NCBI GenBank assembly: GCA_963603365.1
Contig: CAVCMI010000006.1
Location: forward strand, 82-64,081
Source of the DNA: Oscillospiraceae bacterium
GTDB lineage: Bacteria > Bacteroidota > Bacteroidia > Bacteroidales > WCHB1-69
Direction: 5' to 3'
Length of the DNA stretch: 64,000 nucleotides
Shown piece after piece: positions 1 through 9,187 of the stretch. Positions within the stretch are counted from its first letter, which is position 1, and each line of letters starts with the position of its first letter. Made by a program: the position numbers and the translations under genes. A model generated the notes under the pieces. That model saw only the letters and a program-made list of their open reading frames with translations, was not told the DNA's origin and ran no database searches.

Positions 1-137
1 TTTATGCTCTTTTGAGTTTTAGCGGACAGCAATAGAAAACAATAGCAGGTGTATCAAAAGAAAGCACCTTTCGCAGTCTGTGGTTTAACTTGTCATCAAC
101 TCAAGACGCATTAATCCTTTAAGATGGTGAGTGATTT

Positions 138-707
138 TTAGAACAGCCGGCTGTTCCCGTTCCGCAACTGCTCGTCGGTAGGCTCCATGTCAGTTATGGT
201 GTCAACATTTATTTCGAGCGGCCGCCCATATATTGCTCGGGTTCTACGGGAGACAGGCTTGGTTTCGGATTTGTCTGTCTGCCCTTTCAACAGGGTGTCG
301 TTCACAACGGGGACGGCAGCGACATTGTTTTTCTTGGCAACTGTTTTTTTCGTGACAGTATTTGCGTCAAATCGATCCACATGTGGGGATGCGGCAACCT
401 CTTCTTTTTGTGGCAGTTGTATGACAGCTGTGTCTGACGTTACGCTTGCGGAGTCTGCAACCGCCGTCTCTGCAGGCATCTGCGGCTGCTGGCGTGTTTT
501 GTTGGCATGTGTGAGAAGTCCGAAGATGGCGGTTGTGGTTATGACGGCAGCAACTGCTATGGACAACACCGTGTGCGCCCCCTTGAAGCGATGACCGGAA
601 GCAAGCCCGGACATTTGGGAAAAACTATCCCATGCTGCCTCTTTGAAGGGGTATTGGGCCTGTTCTGCCTTGCCTTTGATTGCCTGGTCAAATTCTTTTC
701 CTGTCAT
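138..707 (-). CDS. Putative anti-sigma factor (single-pass membrane protein) paired with the ECF sigma gene immediately upstream
   Basis: ATG at 707, 5 nt after the sigma gene stop. Short N-terminal segment with motif YPFKEAAWDSF, then one hydrophobic helix (VLSIAVAAVITTTAIFGLL). No recognisable C-terminal domain. Confidence 0.45.
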   Translation of the reverse strand: MTGKEFDQAIKGKAEQAQYPFKEAAWDSFSQMSGLASGHRFKGAHTVLSIAVAAVITTTAIFGLLTHANKTRQQPQMPAETAVADSASVTSDTAVIQLPQKEEVAASPHVDRFDANTVTKKTVAKKNNVAAVPVVNDTLLKGQTDKSETKPVSRRTRAIYGRPLEINVDTITDMEPTDEQLRNGNSRLF

Positions 708-711
708 AACG

Positions 712-1272
712 CTATAGGTTGTTCATTTTCAGAATCTCTTTTTTGAGACGTGTGCGTGCGGCGTTTACGTGCCAAGCGGAAGTTCCCTCGCTCATTCCTA
801 ACCTTGCCGCGATTTCGGCATGCGAATAGCCTTCAAACGCAAAGAGGTTGAAGACAGTCCTCGTGGCGGGCGGCAGTTGCTGTATCAGCCGGGTCACCGC
901 TTCGGCTGACAGCCGGTCGATTGCCGCATTGACACCGGCGCCGATTTCGGAACTCTCTTCGATTTCCGTCAATTCTGCCATCGTGACTTTGGGGATGTAT
1001 TTCCTGCGGTAGTCGAGCGACGCATTCACCATTACCCGTGCCATCCACGATTCAAAAGAGCCTGTGTTCTCGTATTTTCCAATGTTGGAGAACACTTTCA
1101 TAAAACCTTCGTTCAGCATGTCCTCCGCTTCCTCCCTGCTGCCGGCATATCGCATGCAGATGCCAAACATCTTGCTGTAAAAATGCCTGAACAGCTGGTA
1201 TTGCGCCTGCCGGTTGCCCTCACGGCATCCCTCTATCCAACGGAGAATGTCCGCATTTTCAAACGTTCTCAT
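712..1272 (-). CDS. RNA polymerase ECF-type (sigma-70 family) sigma factor
   Basis: 186 aa. Region 2 (FRHFYSKMFGICMRYAGSREEAEDMLNEGFMKVF) and region 4 HTH (YSHAEIAARLGMSEGTSAWHVNAARTRLKK) are typical of ECF sigmas. Confidence 0.85.
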   Translation of the reverse strand: MRTFENADILRWIEGCREGNRQAQYQLFRHFYSKMFGICMRYAGSREEAEDMLNEGFMKVFSNIGKYENTGSFESWMARVMVNASLDYRRKYIPKVTMAELTEIEESSEIGAGVNAAIDRLSAEAVTRLIQQLPPATRTVFNLFAFEGYSHAEIAARLGMSEGTSAWHVNAARTRLKKEILKMNNL

Positions 1273-1449
1273 CTTTATAAACGGATTCCAAAGAAGAAAC
1301 CTTGGGTTTCAGTTGTTTTTTTTTCTTTTCCGCAAAATGTCCACGGCAAAGATTGGGCAAACAGTCTTCTGACGTCAGTAAGCAAACTGACCCGCTCCGT
1401 CGGGAGGGATAGTCTTGCCGGCTGTCAATAGGTTTGCGTGTTGTCATAG

Positions 1450-2097
1450 TCAGAACTGGTAGAAATAACTGAACATCAAGACAGAATTGTACTGTTTCTT
1501 TATTCTTCGGCTGATGGCCCAGTTGGGGATCCTGACCGGTATGAGTGAGTTGGCGAAGCGGAAACTCAGCCCATGGTGCTCGTTGAACATCCAAGACAGC
1601 CCGGCCATGGCAGAAAACTCAAAGGTGCGGAAGTCGGGCCTGCCGTTGATGATGCCGTAAATGTCGCGCTCTTTCTTGAAGATGTTGACGCCAAACACAG
1701 GACCTGCTTCAAACTCGAAGTCGCTGTTTCCCATAATGGTAATACGGGCGAATTTCCATTTCAACAGTATGGGCATTTCAAGGTATCCGAGCGTGAGCAC
1801 ATATTTGGCGCTGGGGTTAGCCGCCTGTTTGGGCGGTGTATAGTTGCGGCTGCCTTTCATGGTGAAGTCAATCTCTGCTTGCAGTTTCAGATTGTCGCGG
1901 TCGTTGAGAGGACATGTGGCAAAGAGTCCGGCCGTGGCACCGATTTGGTGAAACCCCATGAGGTCATCGCCTGAAATCTGCGTGGCGGTCATGCCTGCAC
2001 GCACGCCGCCCCGGAAGTTGCTGAAAGCGGTGGAACGCTGACCGTAAAGCGTTACGAAACAAGTGATCAGGAAAATGGTTGCGAGGGTACGTTTCAT
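1450..2097 (-). CDS. Small outer-membrane beta-barrel protein (OMP_b-brl_2 / PorT-like family)
   Basis: 215 aa. Signal peptide followed by Q. Alternating beta-strand pattern and C-terminal aromatic end (MFSYFYQF). Confidence 0.55.
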   Translation of the reverse strand: MKRTLATIFLITCFVTLYGQRSTAFSNFRGGVRAGMTATQISGDDLMGFHQIGATAGLFATCPLNDRDNLKLQAEIDFTMKGSRNYTPPKQAANPSAKYVLTLGYLEMPILLKWKFARITIMGNSDFEFEAGPVFGVNIFKKERDIYGIINGRPDFRTFEFSAMAGLSWMFNEHHGLSFRFANSLIPVRIPNWAISRRIKKQYNSVLMFSYFYQF

Positions 2098-2104
2098 GCT
2101 TGTT

Positions 2105-2686
2105 TCAGTTAGCGTGGATGTTTTCAGGGATTTTAAGCCAATGCCAGTAGTCGTCGCCCAATATGGTTACAGCCTTGGACCAAATTTTGTCGGTATCGGT
2201 CTTGAACACAAGTTCTGGCGTGGGGTTCCCGACAACCCAACGGTTGTCGCGCAGCTCTTCGTCCAGTTGTCCCGGACTCCATCCGGAATATCCTATCAGG
2301 AAACGGTATTGCATGGCGGGTATGGCGTTGTGTTCGATAAGAGCCAGCAGGGTGTTGTCGTAGCCTACGAAAAGACCGGGCGCGACTTTGAAAGCGGACC
2401 TGCAACTCTCGAAGTCGTGCAGAAGGAAGAGATGCTCCGACATGACAGGGCCGCCGACGTACAACGGCGCGTCAGACCGGATTTCGTCCGCCAGCTGATT
2501 GACGCGCCAATGTAATTTTCGGTTGAGGACAAGTCCGGCGGTGGTTTCCGGGCCATAATCTGTCAGAAGTACCACCGTGCGGTTGAAGAAAGCATCGTTG
2601 CTGTAAGGGACAGAAATCAGAATTCGGCCTGCGGCAGGCTCGAATTCTGTCTGTTTTAATTTCAGCAAGTCAATATCGTACGGCAT
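2105..2686 (-). CDS. YqgE/AlgH family protein (UPF0301)
   Basis: 193 aa. Family signature GRILISVPYSNDAFFNRTVVLLTDYGPETTAGLVLNR ... YVGGPV. Confidence 0.8.
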   Translation of the reverse strand: MPYDIDLLKLKQTEFEPAAGRILISVPYSNDAFFNRTVVLLTDYGPETTAGLVLNRKLHWRVNQLADEIRSDAPLYVGGPVMSEHLFLLHDFESCRSAFKVAPGLFVGYDNTLLALIEHNAIPAMQYRFLIGYSGWSPGQLDEELRDNRWVVGNPTPELVFKTDTDKIWSKAVTILGDDYWHWLKIPENIHAN

Positions 2687-2707
2687 GGCTGAGATTTAAG
2701 TGTTCGA

Positions 2708-3811
2708 TTATAGTTTTTCTATTTCTTTGTAAATCAAGTTTATGGCATCCGGTTGGGCGAATTTTCGCAGATTGTTTCCCATCCTTTCGCATTGTTCCGG
2801 ATCGTTTGCCAGCCGCATGAGGGCAGGCATCAATTCCTCACTGGCTTGAGAGTCGGGCACTAATAAAGCAGCATCTTGCGACGAGAGCGCTTTAGCGTTG
2901 TAAGTTTGATGGTCTTCGGCCGCATACGGGAAAGGCACCAATATGGACGGCACGCCGACAATGGCGAGTTCGGAGATGGCCAGTGCTCCGGCGCGGGAGA
3001 TGATGATGTCGGCCATGCTGTAAGCGTCGTTCATGTTGCGGATGAACGGAAGGATGCGCACGTGGTCGTCTTGCTGTGCCAGCAGCGAGGAGTCCATGTT
3101 GAGGTAGAATTGTTCGCCGGTCTGCCACAACAGTTGGAGGTCGGCTTTCCGGAAATCGTCAAGGTGCGCAGCCATCGTCAAGTTGAGTGTGCGTGCGCCA
3201 AGGCTTCCGCCAACGACAAGCACCGTTTTCTTTTCGGGAGAGAAATCGAAGAATTTGTAGGCATTGGGGTCTTTGCGTTTCAGATTGAGGATCTCTGCCC
3301 TCACAGGGTTGCCGGTACGGATGATTTTCTCGGCGGGGAAATACTTTTCCAGTCCGTCGTATGCCACACAGATCCGTTTGGCTTTTGCTGCCAGCATTTT
3401 GTTGGTGATGCCCGGGTAGGAGTTCTGCTCTTGCAGCAGGGTGGGGATGCCCATCTGGTCGGCGGCTTTCAGTGCCGGTCCCGATGCGAATCCGCCTACG
3501 CCTATGGCAAGGTCAGGTTGGAACTCTTTGATTATTCTCCGCGCTTTCCGCATGGCAGACATCAAAACGAACGGCAGTTTGATGTTCTTGCCAAGCCCTT
3601 TTAAGGAAAAGTCTCGGCTGATGCCGTATATCTCGAGACCTTCTATCGGATAGCCGGCTTCGGGCATTCGCTTCATTTCCATCTTGTCTCGTGCGCCGAT
3701 AAACAAGATTTGCGCGTCCGGATTCTCTTTTTTTATTTTGTTGGCTATGGCCAGTGCCGGAAAGATGTGTCCGCCTGTGCCGCCGCCGCTGATAAGGAAT
3801 CTGTTTTTCAT
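2708..3811 (-). CDS. murG: UDP-GlcNAc:lipid I N-acetylglucosaminyltransferase MurG
   Basis: 367 aa. N-terminal GGGTGGHIFPALAIA loop and GT28 layout throughout. Confidence 0.9.
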   Translation of the reverse strand: MKNRFLISGGGTGGHIFPALAIANKIKKENPDAQILFIGARDKMEMKRMPEAGYPIEGLEIYGISRDFSLKGLGKNIKLPFVLMSAMRKARRIIKEFQPDLAIGVGGFASGPALKAADQMGIPTLLQEQNSYPGITNKMLAAKAKRICVAYDGLEKYFPAEKIIRTGNPVRAEILNLKRKDPNAYKFFDFSPEKKTVLVVGGSLGARTLNLTMAAHLDDFRKADLQLLWQTGEQFYLNMDSSLLAQQDDHVRILPFIRNMNDAYSMADIIISRAGALAISELAIVGVPSILVPFPYAAEDHQTYNAKALSSQDAALLVPDSQASEELMPALMRLANDPEQCERMGNNLRKFAQPDAINLIYKEIEKL

Positions 3812-3853
3812 ATTAAAGTGGGTGATTCTTATTTATTCTTCTGTGGTTGTCTG

Positions 3854-5140
3854 CTATATCATTTTGGAGTCGGCAGGGCGTGCTTTCATCACGAACTGCG
3901 TGGTGCTGCGGCTGGTTTGCTCCAACAGCACCTCTCGCTCCGCCAATACCCGGTCTATGGCCTCCTGATTGTAGTGCCGTATGGTGACCAGGTCCACGTC
4001 CTCGTTGTATTTGACTTTGTAGCGTTCTTTCAAGGCATCTATGCACCGGCTGACGCGGTTTTTGTCGGAACCGGTACATACGGAGAGGCTGAGCGCCGAG
4101 TTCTGCATCATATTGACGCGGATCCTGAATGTCGAGAATTGCGAGAAGATTTCTGACAGGTTGTCGACATCCATAAAGGAGAAGTCGCGCGGAGAGACGG
4201 TAAGCAGGGTCTGTCGGTCTTTGACGATGAATGAGGGCACTTCCGGGTACACGGTGCATGCCGTGATGACGCTCCCCTCGTCATCGGGACGGAAAAAGGA
4301 CTTGACATACAGCGGAATGTCCTTGTTCTGTAGCGGCTTCAAGGTTTTGGGGTGTATGACTGATGCACCGTAGAAGGAGAGTTCAACGGCCTCTTCGTAG
4401 GGAATGCGGGACAGTTTCACGGCATCCGGGAAGCGTTTCGGGTCGGCATTGAGCAACCCGGGCACGTCTTTCCATATTGTTACGCTTCCGGCATCAAGGG
4501 CGTAAGCTATCACCGCGGCCGAGAAGTCAGACCCCTCGCGCCCTAATGTGGTCGTCAGACATTCCGCCGTCCCGCCGATGAAGCCTTGTGTGACGACAAT
4601 CCTGTTTCCTTGCCCTGACACGGCGTCCCTTATTTGTGCTGCAGTTGTGTCCCAAAGGATATGTCCCTCGCGGTAGGTGCTGTCGGTGCGCATCAAGCGG
4701 CGAGCGTCCAGCCAGGTGTTGGCGATCCCAGACCGGTTGAGGTATTCCGATATGAGTGTGGTGGACAGAAGTTCGCCGAAGCTGACGATCTGGTCGTAGT
4801 CGAAGTCGTAATTGTTGGAGTGTTGGGTCAGAAGCCGTGCGCGAAGCTTGTCAAACAGGGGGCGCATGGCCGCATTCAGCGTTTCCGGATTTGCAAGCAG
4901 TCCTTCGGCAATCTGTTCATGATGCCGTTGCAGTTCGTCTGCCATTTGGAGCGCCTCATCAGGATGATGATAATAGGCGTCCAAGGTCTTTTCCAGGAAG
5001 TTTGTGGTCTTGCCGATAGCCGATATGACGATGGCGAGATGCTCTTCGGGATATCGATGTAGGATGTCCCGAAGATTTTCGATGGCGGCAGCGTCCTTTA
5101 CCGAAGCGCCACCGAACTTGAAGACTTTGTATTGTTTCAT
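3854..5140 (-). CDS. lysC: Aspartate kinase
   Basis: 428 aa. Amino-acid kinase N-terminus (VFKFGGASVKD) and a C-terminal ACT-like regulatory region. The start overlaps the upstream gene stop by 4 nt. Confidence 0.9.
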   Translation of the reverse strand: MKQYKVFKFGGASVKDAAAIENLRDILHRYPEEHLAIVISAIGKTTNFLEKTLDAYYHHPDEALQMADELQRHHEQIAEGLLANPETLNAAMRPLFDKLRARLLTQHSNNYDFDYDQIVSFGELLSTTLISEYLNRSGIANTWLDARRLMRTDSTYREGHILWDTTAAQIRDAVSGQGNRIVVTQGFIGGTAECLTTTLGREGSDFSAAVIAYALDAGSVTIWKDVPGLLNADPKRFPDAVKLSRIPYEEAVELSFYGASVIHPKTLKPLQNKDIPLYVKSFFRPDDEGSVITACTVYPEVPSFIVKDRQTLLTVSPRDFSFMDVDNLSEIFSQFSTFRIRVNMMQNSALSLSVCTGSDKNRVSRCIDALKERYKVKYNEDVDLVTIRHYNQEAIDRVLAEREVLLEQTSRSTTQFVMKARPADSKMI

Positions 5141-6123
5141 TTTTCGTTCCTGATTACGTGAAGCACTGTTGTCCCCACTACGCCCAATGTCGTCTTGTCA
5201 ATGTTTTGGACGTTGTCGTTGTGGGTATGCCATGTTGAGGGGAATCCCGTTCCGGAATGACGGTCATAATGGATGATGTCTATCATTTTGAACGGAGCGT
5301 ATTTGTTGACATAGTAATGGTCGTCGGTGATGATGCCGCCGGGTTGGTTGATGAAATAGTCGCCGTGTCCGAGTTCGTAGGCGGCAGACCAGACCTTGGC
5401 TACGACGGGCTGGGCGTCGCGTACGGAGAAGCTTTCCTGATAAAAGCGGGCGTCGGCCGCGCCTACCATGTCCAGCAGTATGCCATAGCGTGCCATATAG
5501 CCGGGGCGGTGCAGATGTTGCGCCCAGTATTGTGACCCCAAACCCCACCAGTCGCCGTCCGGGGAGCTTTCGCCCTCTTTGGGCCCGTAGTCTTCCAAGT
5601 CGAAGAATACAATGTCGATGCCAACTTCTGGGCGTTGCAGGTGCAGTTGCCGGGCTGCTTCGAGCAGAACGCCAACGCCGGAAGCGCCGTCGTTGGCGCC
5701 GTCTATAGGCTTGTTGAGGTTGGACGGTGTGGCGTCATGGTCGGCAAAGGGGCGGGAGTCCCAATGAGAGGAGAGCACGACGCGTTCGCTCTTTTCGGGA
5801 GAGAACGAGCCTATGATGTTCTTGCCGGTATAAAGGTTGCCGTTGTATGTGACGGCAGGAAAAGTCTGGACAAACGCCGTGTCGCAATACTGCGAGAGTT
5901 TATGCAGCAGATAAAGGGCGCATTGGTCATGACTGTCGCTGCCGGGAACGCGCGGGCCGAATGCGGTTTGCGCAGCCACGAAACTGTAAGCAGAATCGCA
6001 GTCAAAGGAGGGCATGGCAACGTCGGGTTTCTCAGGTTCGGTGCGGCTTCCTTTTGAACGGCTGCTGCACCCTGCGGAGAGCAGGCACACTGAAATCAAC
6101 GCAAGCAAGTAGTAGTGTCTCAT
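5137..6123 (-). CDS. Lipoprotein with M28 fold, probable glutaminyl-peptide cyclotransferase (type II QC)
   Basis: 328 aa. Lipobox LLSAGC. Metal-site blocks SHWDSRPFADHD, GANDGASGVGVLLE, FFDLEDYG and WHTHNDN resemble bacteroidetal/animal-type QC. Confidence 0.6.
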   Translation of the reverse strand: MRHYYLLALISVCLLSAGCSSRSKGSRTEPEKPDVAMPSFDCDSAYSFVAAQTAFGPRVPGSDSHDQCALYLLHKLSQYCDTAFVQTFPAVTYNGNLYTGKNIIGSFSPEKSERVVLSSHWDSRPFADHDATPSNLNKPIDGANDGASGVGVLLEAARQLHLQRPEVGIDIVFFDLEDYGPKEGESSPDGDWWGLGSQYWAQHLHRPGYMARYGILLDMVGAADARFYQESFSVRDAQPVVAKVWSAAYELGHGDYFINQPGGIITDDHYYVNKYAPFKMIDIIHYDRHSGTGFPSTWHTHNDNVQNIDKTTLGVVGTTVLHVIRNEK

Positions 6124-6299
6124 TTTCTAATAACAATAATACGTTTCACATAACGACAAGCCCCGCCATTTAGTATTTATTGTTCCAGCCTGATATTTGC
6201 TTTAATCGATGGGTTCAAAGGTATATGTGTGATACTTACGCCATTACGAACGTTCATCTGTAGTGACTGTTTTAAGCCGACGGTCGCATCTTCACCGGC

Positions 6300-9161
6300 T
6301 CACTGCCGGTTGCAGATGACTTTGAAGTCACAGTGCTTGCAATGGTTTACCTCTGTGGTCTGGACAAACGGAATGCTCTTGTCTAATAATTGTTTCAAAA
6401 CATTGTACATTTCTTTTTCAATGATGTCCAGAAAGCTGTTGTCGAAAGTCCTGGAACTGTCGTGTGCTCTTTTTTTTGAAGATACCTCAGCATAATGCAG
6501 GTATTCACTGTTCTGTTTGTTCGCTTCCTTGATGCTGATGATGCCGCTACTGTACTGGCAGCCCTGCCGGTCAATGTCTTTGAAGATCCCATTGTCGGAA
6601 TGACGGCACAGTATCATGTATAACAAGAGTTGCACAAGCTGTTCGTGATTATTACCGTCGAAAACAGATTCCGGCTCGCTCCGATAGGCTTTTAAGTTCT
6701 TGTCAACACTTCCGGTCTTGTAGTCGAGTACTGTCAAAATCCCGTTTTCGTACTGTATTCGGTCGATTTTTCCTTCCAAAATGATGTCCATGCCATCAAT
6801 GTTCCGTTTGGTTTCCAGTTTTTGCTCATTGCCGAGTATGGTGATTTCGCCGGCCGACAGCTCCTTTTTTGCTGCGGTAAGGTAGGTCCGGACGTCGTTG
6901 AAGATGATGCGTATGGCCAGGTAGGGTCTCCCGGATGCAAGGTCGCCTTCGGTGAGTTTCAGTTTTGTGTTCGCCAACAATTGTTTCCGGATGTTATTGT
7001 CAAGTTTGTCTTTCTGGATGTAGTCGTCAATGATGTCGGCATAATCCGCCGGTGTTTGTTTTATTCTGTCGAAAACTTCGCAGTAGCAGTTGTGAACGGT
7101 TTCCCCGATAATGTTGCTGTCTGTGATGTCACAGAATGTGTCTGGAGCATTTATTTTGTTGATGCAGTTGAGATAAAACTGCAAGGGACAATTGAGGTAT
7201 TTGTTGAAAGTGGTAGGCGAGAACTTGAAGTTGCGGATCTGTTCTATGATTTCGTCGTTTTTATCGATGGTTATAGTATCTTGCCTTTCCGGCAGGTAAG
7301 GAATCCCGGTGTCGTCATGTTCTATTTTGATGTTCCCCAATTTTTTCTCTGTAACCATAAACTCCAATTGGGCGACAAACCGGCTTTTTTCGTTCAAGGT
7401 TCCTTCGCTGACACTGCTGTTGTAAAGTAGTGTGATGTCTTTTGCACGCTGCAGCAACCGGAAGAAATGGTAGGCATAGACCTGGTCTTTGTACAGGTAG
7501 CTGGGGAGCGACTGGTCGTCGTACTTCAACTCGAACGGCAGCAGCGTGTTCTGGCTGATGCCTTTGGGCAGTATCCCCTCATTGACGGACATCAGGATGA
7601 TGTTTTCGAAGTCGAGCGTTCTCGTTTCCAGCAGTCCCATGACCTGCAACCCTTGCAGAGAGCCGCCGGCAATGGGCACGTTGAGGCTGCCGGTCTGAAG
7701 TCCGATGAGGTATTTCAGCGACGAGAAATCGACATTCTGCACGTTCAGTTGCTGCAAGGTGTCTTGCGTTTTCTGGAGCGTGTCAGCCAAAAGTGAAAGC
7801 ATGGCGGCATCTCGCCGCGATTTCCCTTCGGCTTGTTGCAGCAGTTTTTTCGTATAGTTGACGATTGCCGGAAGGCACCGGTTCGGGTTCGTGGTGAATG
7901 CCGGCAGGACTCCCTCCGGCAGTTCGCTTTGAGTGTAGAGCACCTTGATGTTGCGGGCAATACCGTTTACAATGTTTCCGCTTGTTTTCCGGTCGTCAAA
8001 GGCATATTGTTTCACTAACGGGTTGTGCAGCAAGGTGGAAAGGTCGCGCCGATGATAGCGGAGCTCTCCGCCGGCATTGCCGCGAAGGGCAGTGGCGGTA
8101 CCGTAAAGGTCCAGCAGAGTGTTGAGCATCGTGCTGGCCGGGGTGGCCGAAAAGGGATATCCCATTGTGATGTTTGCGCATTCGGGACTGTAAGCGGACA
8201 GGAACGGTATCAACAACGATTCGTCAGCCAATACCAACGCCGTGCTGTCCAAGTTGCCCTGCCGCTCTTTTATCTCTTCTATCTTTTTGATGGCGAAGTA
8301 TATCTGGTTGACGTTCTGTGAAGCGCCTACAACGTGTATGTGCTTCTCTGTCGCTTCGAAGTGACTATCGCAGAATTGAAGACGTTCGGGATCAAGTTCC
8401 AGTTCCCGGCAGATTTTACGGAGAAAGAATGCGGTGGTGAACCGGTCGTCCTGACTGAAGTCGCAGTAAAACGGGTCAATGTCAAAGTAGAAACGGGTGT
8501 CATAAAGGTTCTTTATATGTTTTATTACGGCGATTTCGGCGGGCGAGAAGACATGGAAACCGGCAAAGATGAAATGTTTGGAGCACCATTCCGGACGGTT
8601 GGCGTAGGTTGCGATGTTCTCGGCGCAGTCGCGGTACCGGAATCCGGCATACGATTTTCCGGTCTCTCGCATCTTTTGGTGGAAGGCGGTGTAAAGCGTG
8701 CCGAAAAGGGAATAGCATTCCATTTTTTTCTTTATGGCTTCGCTGTTTTTAGAAGGGTCGGACATGGCAAGGGAGAATTCTTTGTCAAAAGCCAGCGTTT
8801 TGAACACGTATTCGCCGTCCTGCATTTGCATGTCTATCTCGTCGATGTCTGACAGAAATGCCGGCGCCCAGGAGAGCATCTTGTTGAAGTCGTCGGCAAT
8901 GGCGGGCGAAAGTGTTTGTTGGGTTTCAAAAAGGAGTGCCAGCGTCTCGATTTGCTCCATATCCTTGAGCGGCGACAAATGGTCGATGAACTCGTCGATG
9001 GTGAGGACTTTAGGGGCGAATACAGGTTTGTCGCTGCATGCCAGATGCCTAAACAATACTCTGCCGGCACGCTTGTTGGGCAGGATGATGAAGGTGTCTT
9101 CCAGTGCGAAGCCGGACTCTTTGATGGCGGCAGACAGTTTTTCCAAAAATGAAGTTGTCAT
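6300..9161 (-). CDS. AddB-like PD-(D/E)XK nuclease family protein
   Basis: The track start 9191 is TTG, so I moved the start to ATG 9161 (MTTSFLEKL). RecB-type nuclease motif LTVLDYKTG. C-terminal CX2CX5C (CKHCDFKVIC) plus an upstream Cys (NCPLQFY), as in the AddB iron-sulfur staple. Confidence 0.7.
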   Translation of the reverse strand: MTTSFLEKLSAAIKESGFALEDTFIILPNKRAGRVLFRHLACSDKPVFAPKVLTIDEFIDHLSPLKDMEQIETLALLFETQQTLSPAIADDFNKMLSWAPAFLSDIDEIDMQMQDGEYVFKTLAFDKEFSLAMSDPSKNSEAIKKKMECYSLFGTLYTAFHQKMRETGKSYAGFRYRDCAENIATYANRPEWCSKHFIFAGFHVFSPAEIAVIKHIKNLYDTRFYFDIDPFYCDFSQDDRFTTAFFLRKICRELELDPERLQFCDSHFEATEKHIHVVGASQNVNQIYFAIKKIEEIKERQGNLDSTALVLADESLLIPFLSAYSPECANITMGYPFSATPASTMLNTLLDLYGTATALRGNAGGELRYHRRDLSTLLHNPLVKQYAFDDRKTSGNIVNGIARNIKVLYTQSELPEGVLPAFTTNPNRCLPAIVNYTKKLLQQAEGKSRRDAAMLSLLADTLQKTQDTLQQLNVQNVDFSSLKYLIGLQTGSLNVPIAGGSLQGLQVMGLLETRTLDFENIILMSVNEGILPKGISQNTLLPFELKYDDQSLPSYLYKDQVYAYHFFRLLQRAKDITLLYNSSVSEGTLNEKSRFVAQLEFMVTEKKLGNIKIEHDDTGIPYLPERQDTITIDKNDEIIEQIRNFKFSPTTFNKYLNCPLQFYLNCINKINAPDTFCDITDSNIIGETVHNCYCEVFDRIKQTPADYADIIDDYIQKDKLDNNIRKQLLANTKLKLTEGDLASGRPYLAIRIIFNDVRTYLTAAKKELSAGEITILGNEQKLETKRNIDGMDIILEGKIDRIQYENGILTVLDYKTGSVDKNLKAYRSEPESVFDGNNHEQLVQLLLYMILCRHSDNGIFKDIDRQGCQYSSGIISIKEANKQNSEYLHYAEVSSKKRAHDSSRTFDNSFLDIIEKEMYNVLKQLLDKSIPFVQTTEVNHCKHCDFKVICNRQ

Positions 9162-9187
9162 GGTTATGTTTTGTTTTTTGTGTGGTT

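Noticed and set aside
1296-1325. Hairpin gaaacc-ttg-ggtttc followed by a long T run, between the OMP and sigma genes.
   Set aside because: The T run follows the hairpin only on the + strand, where no gene ends. On the minus strand, where the flanking genes lie, the tail is only ttctttgg. At best it is a weak or bidirectional terminator.
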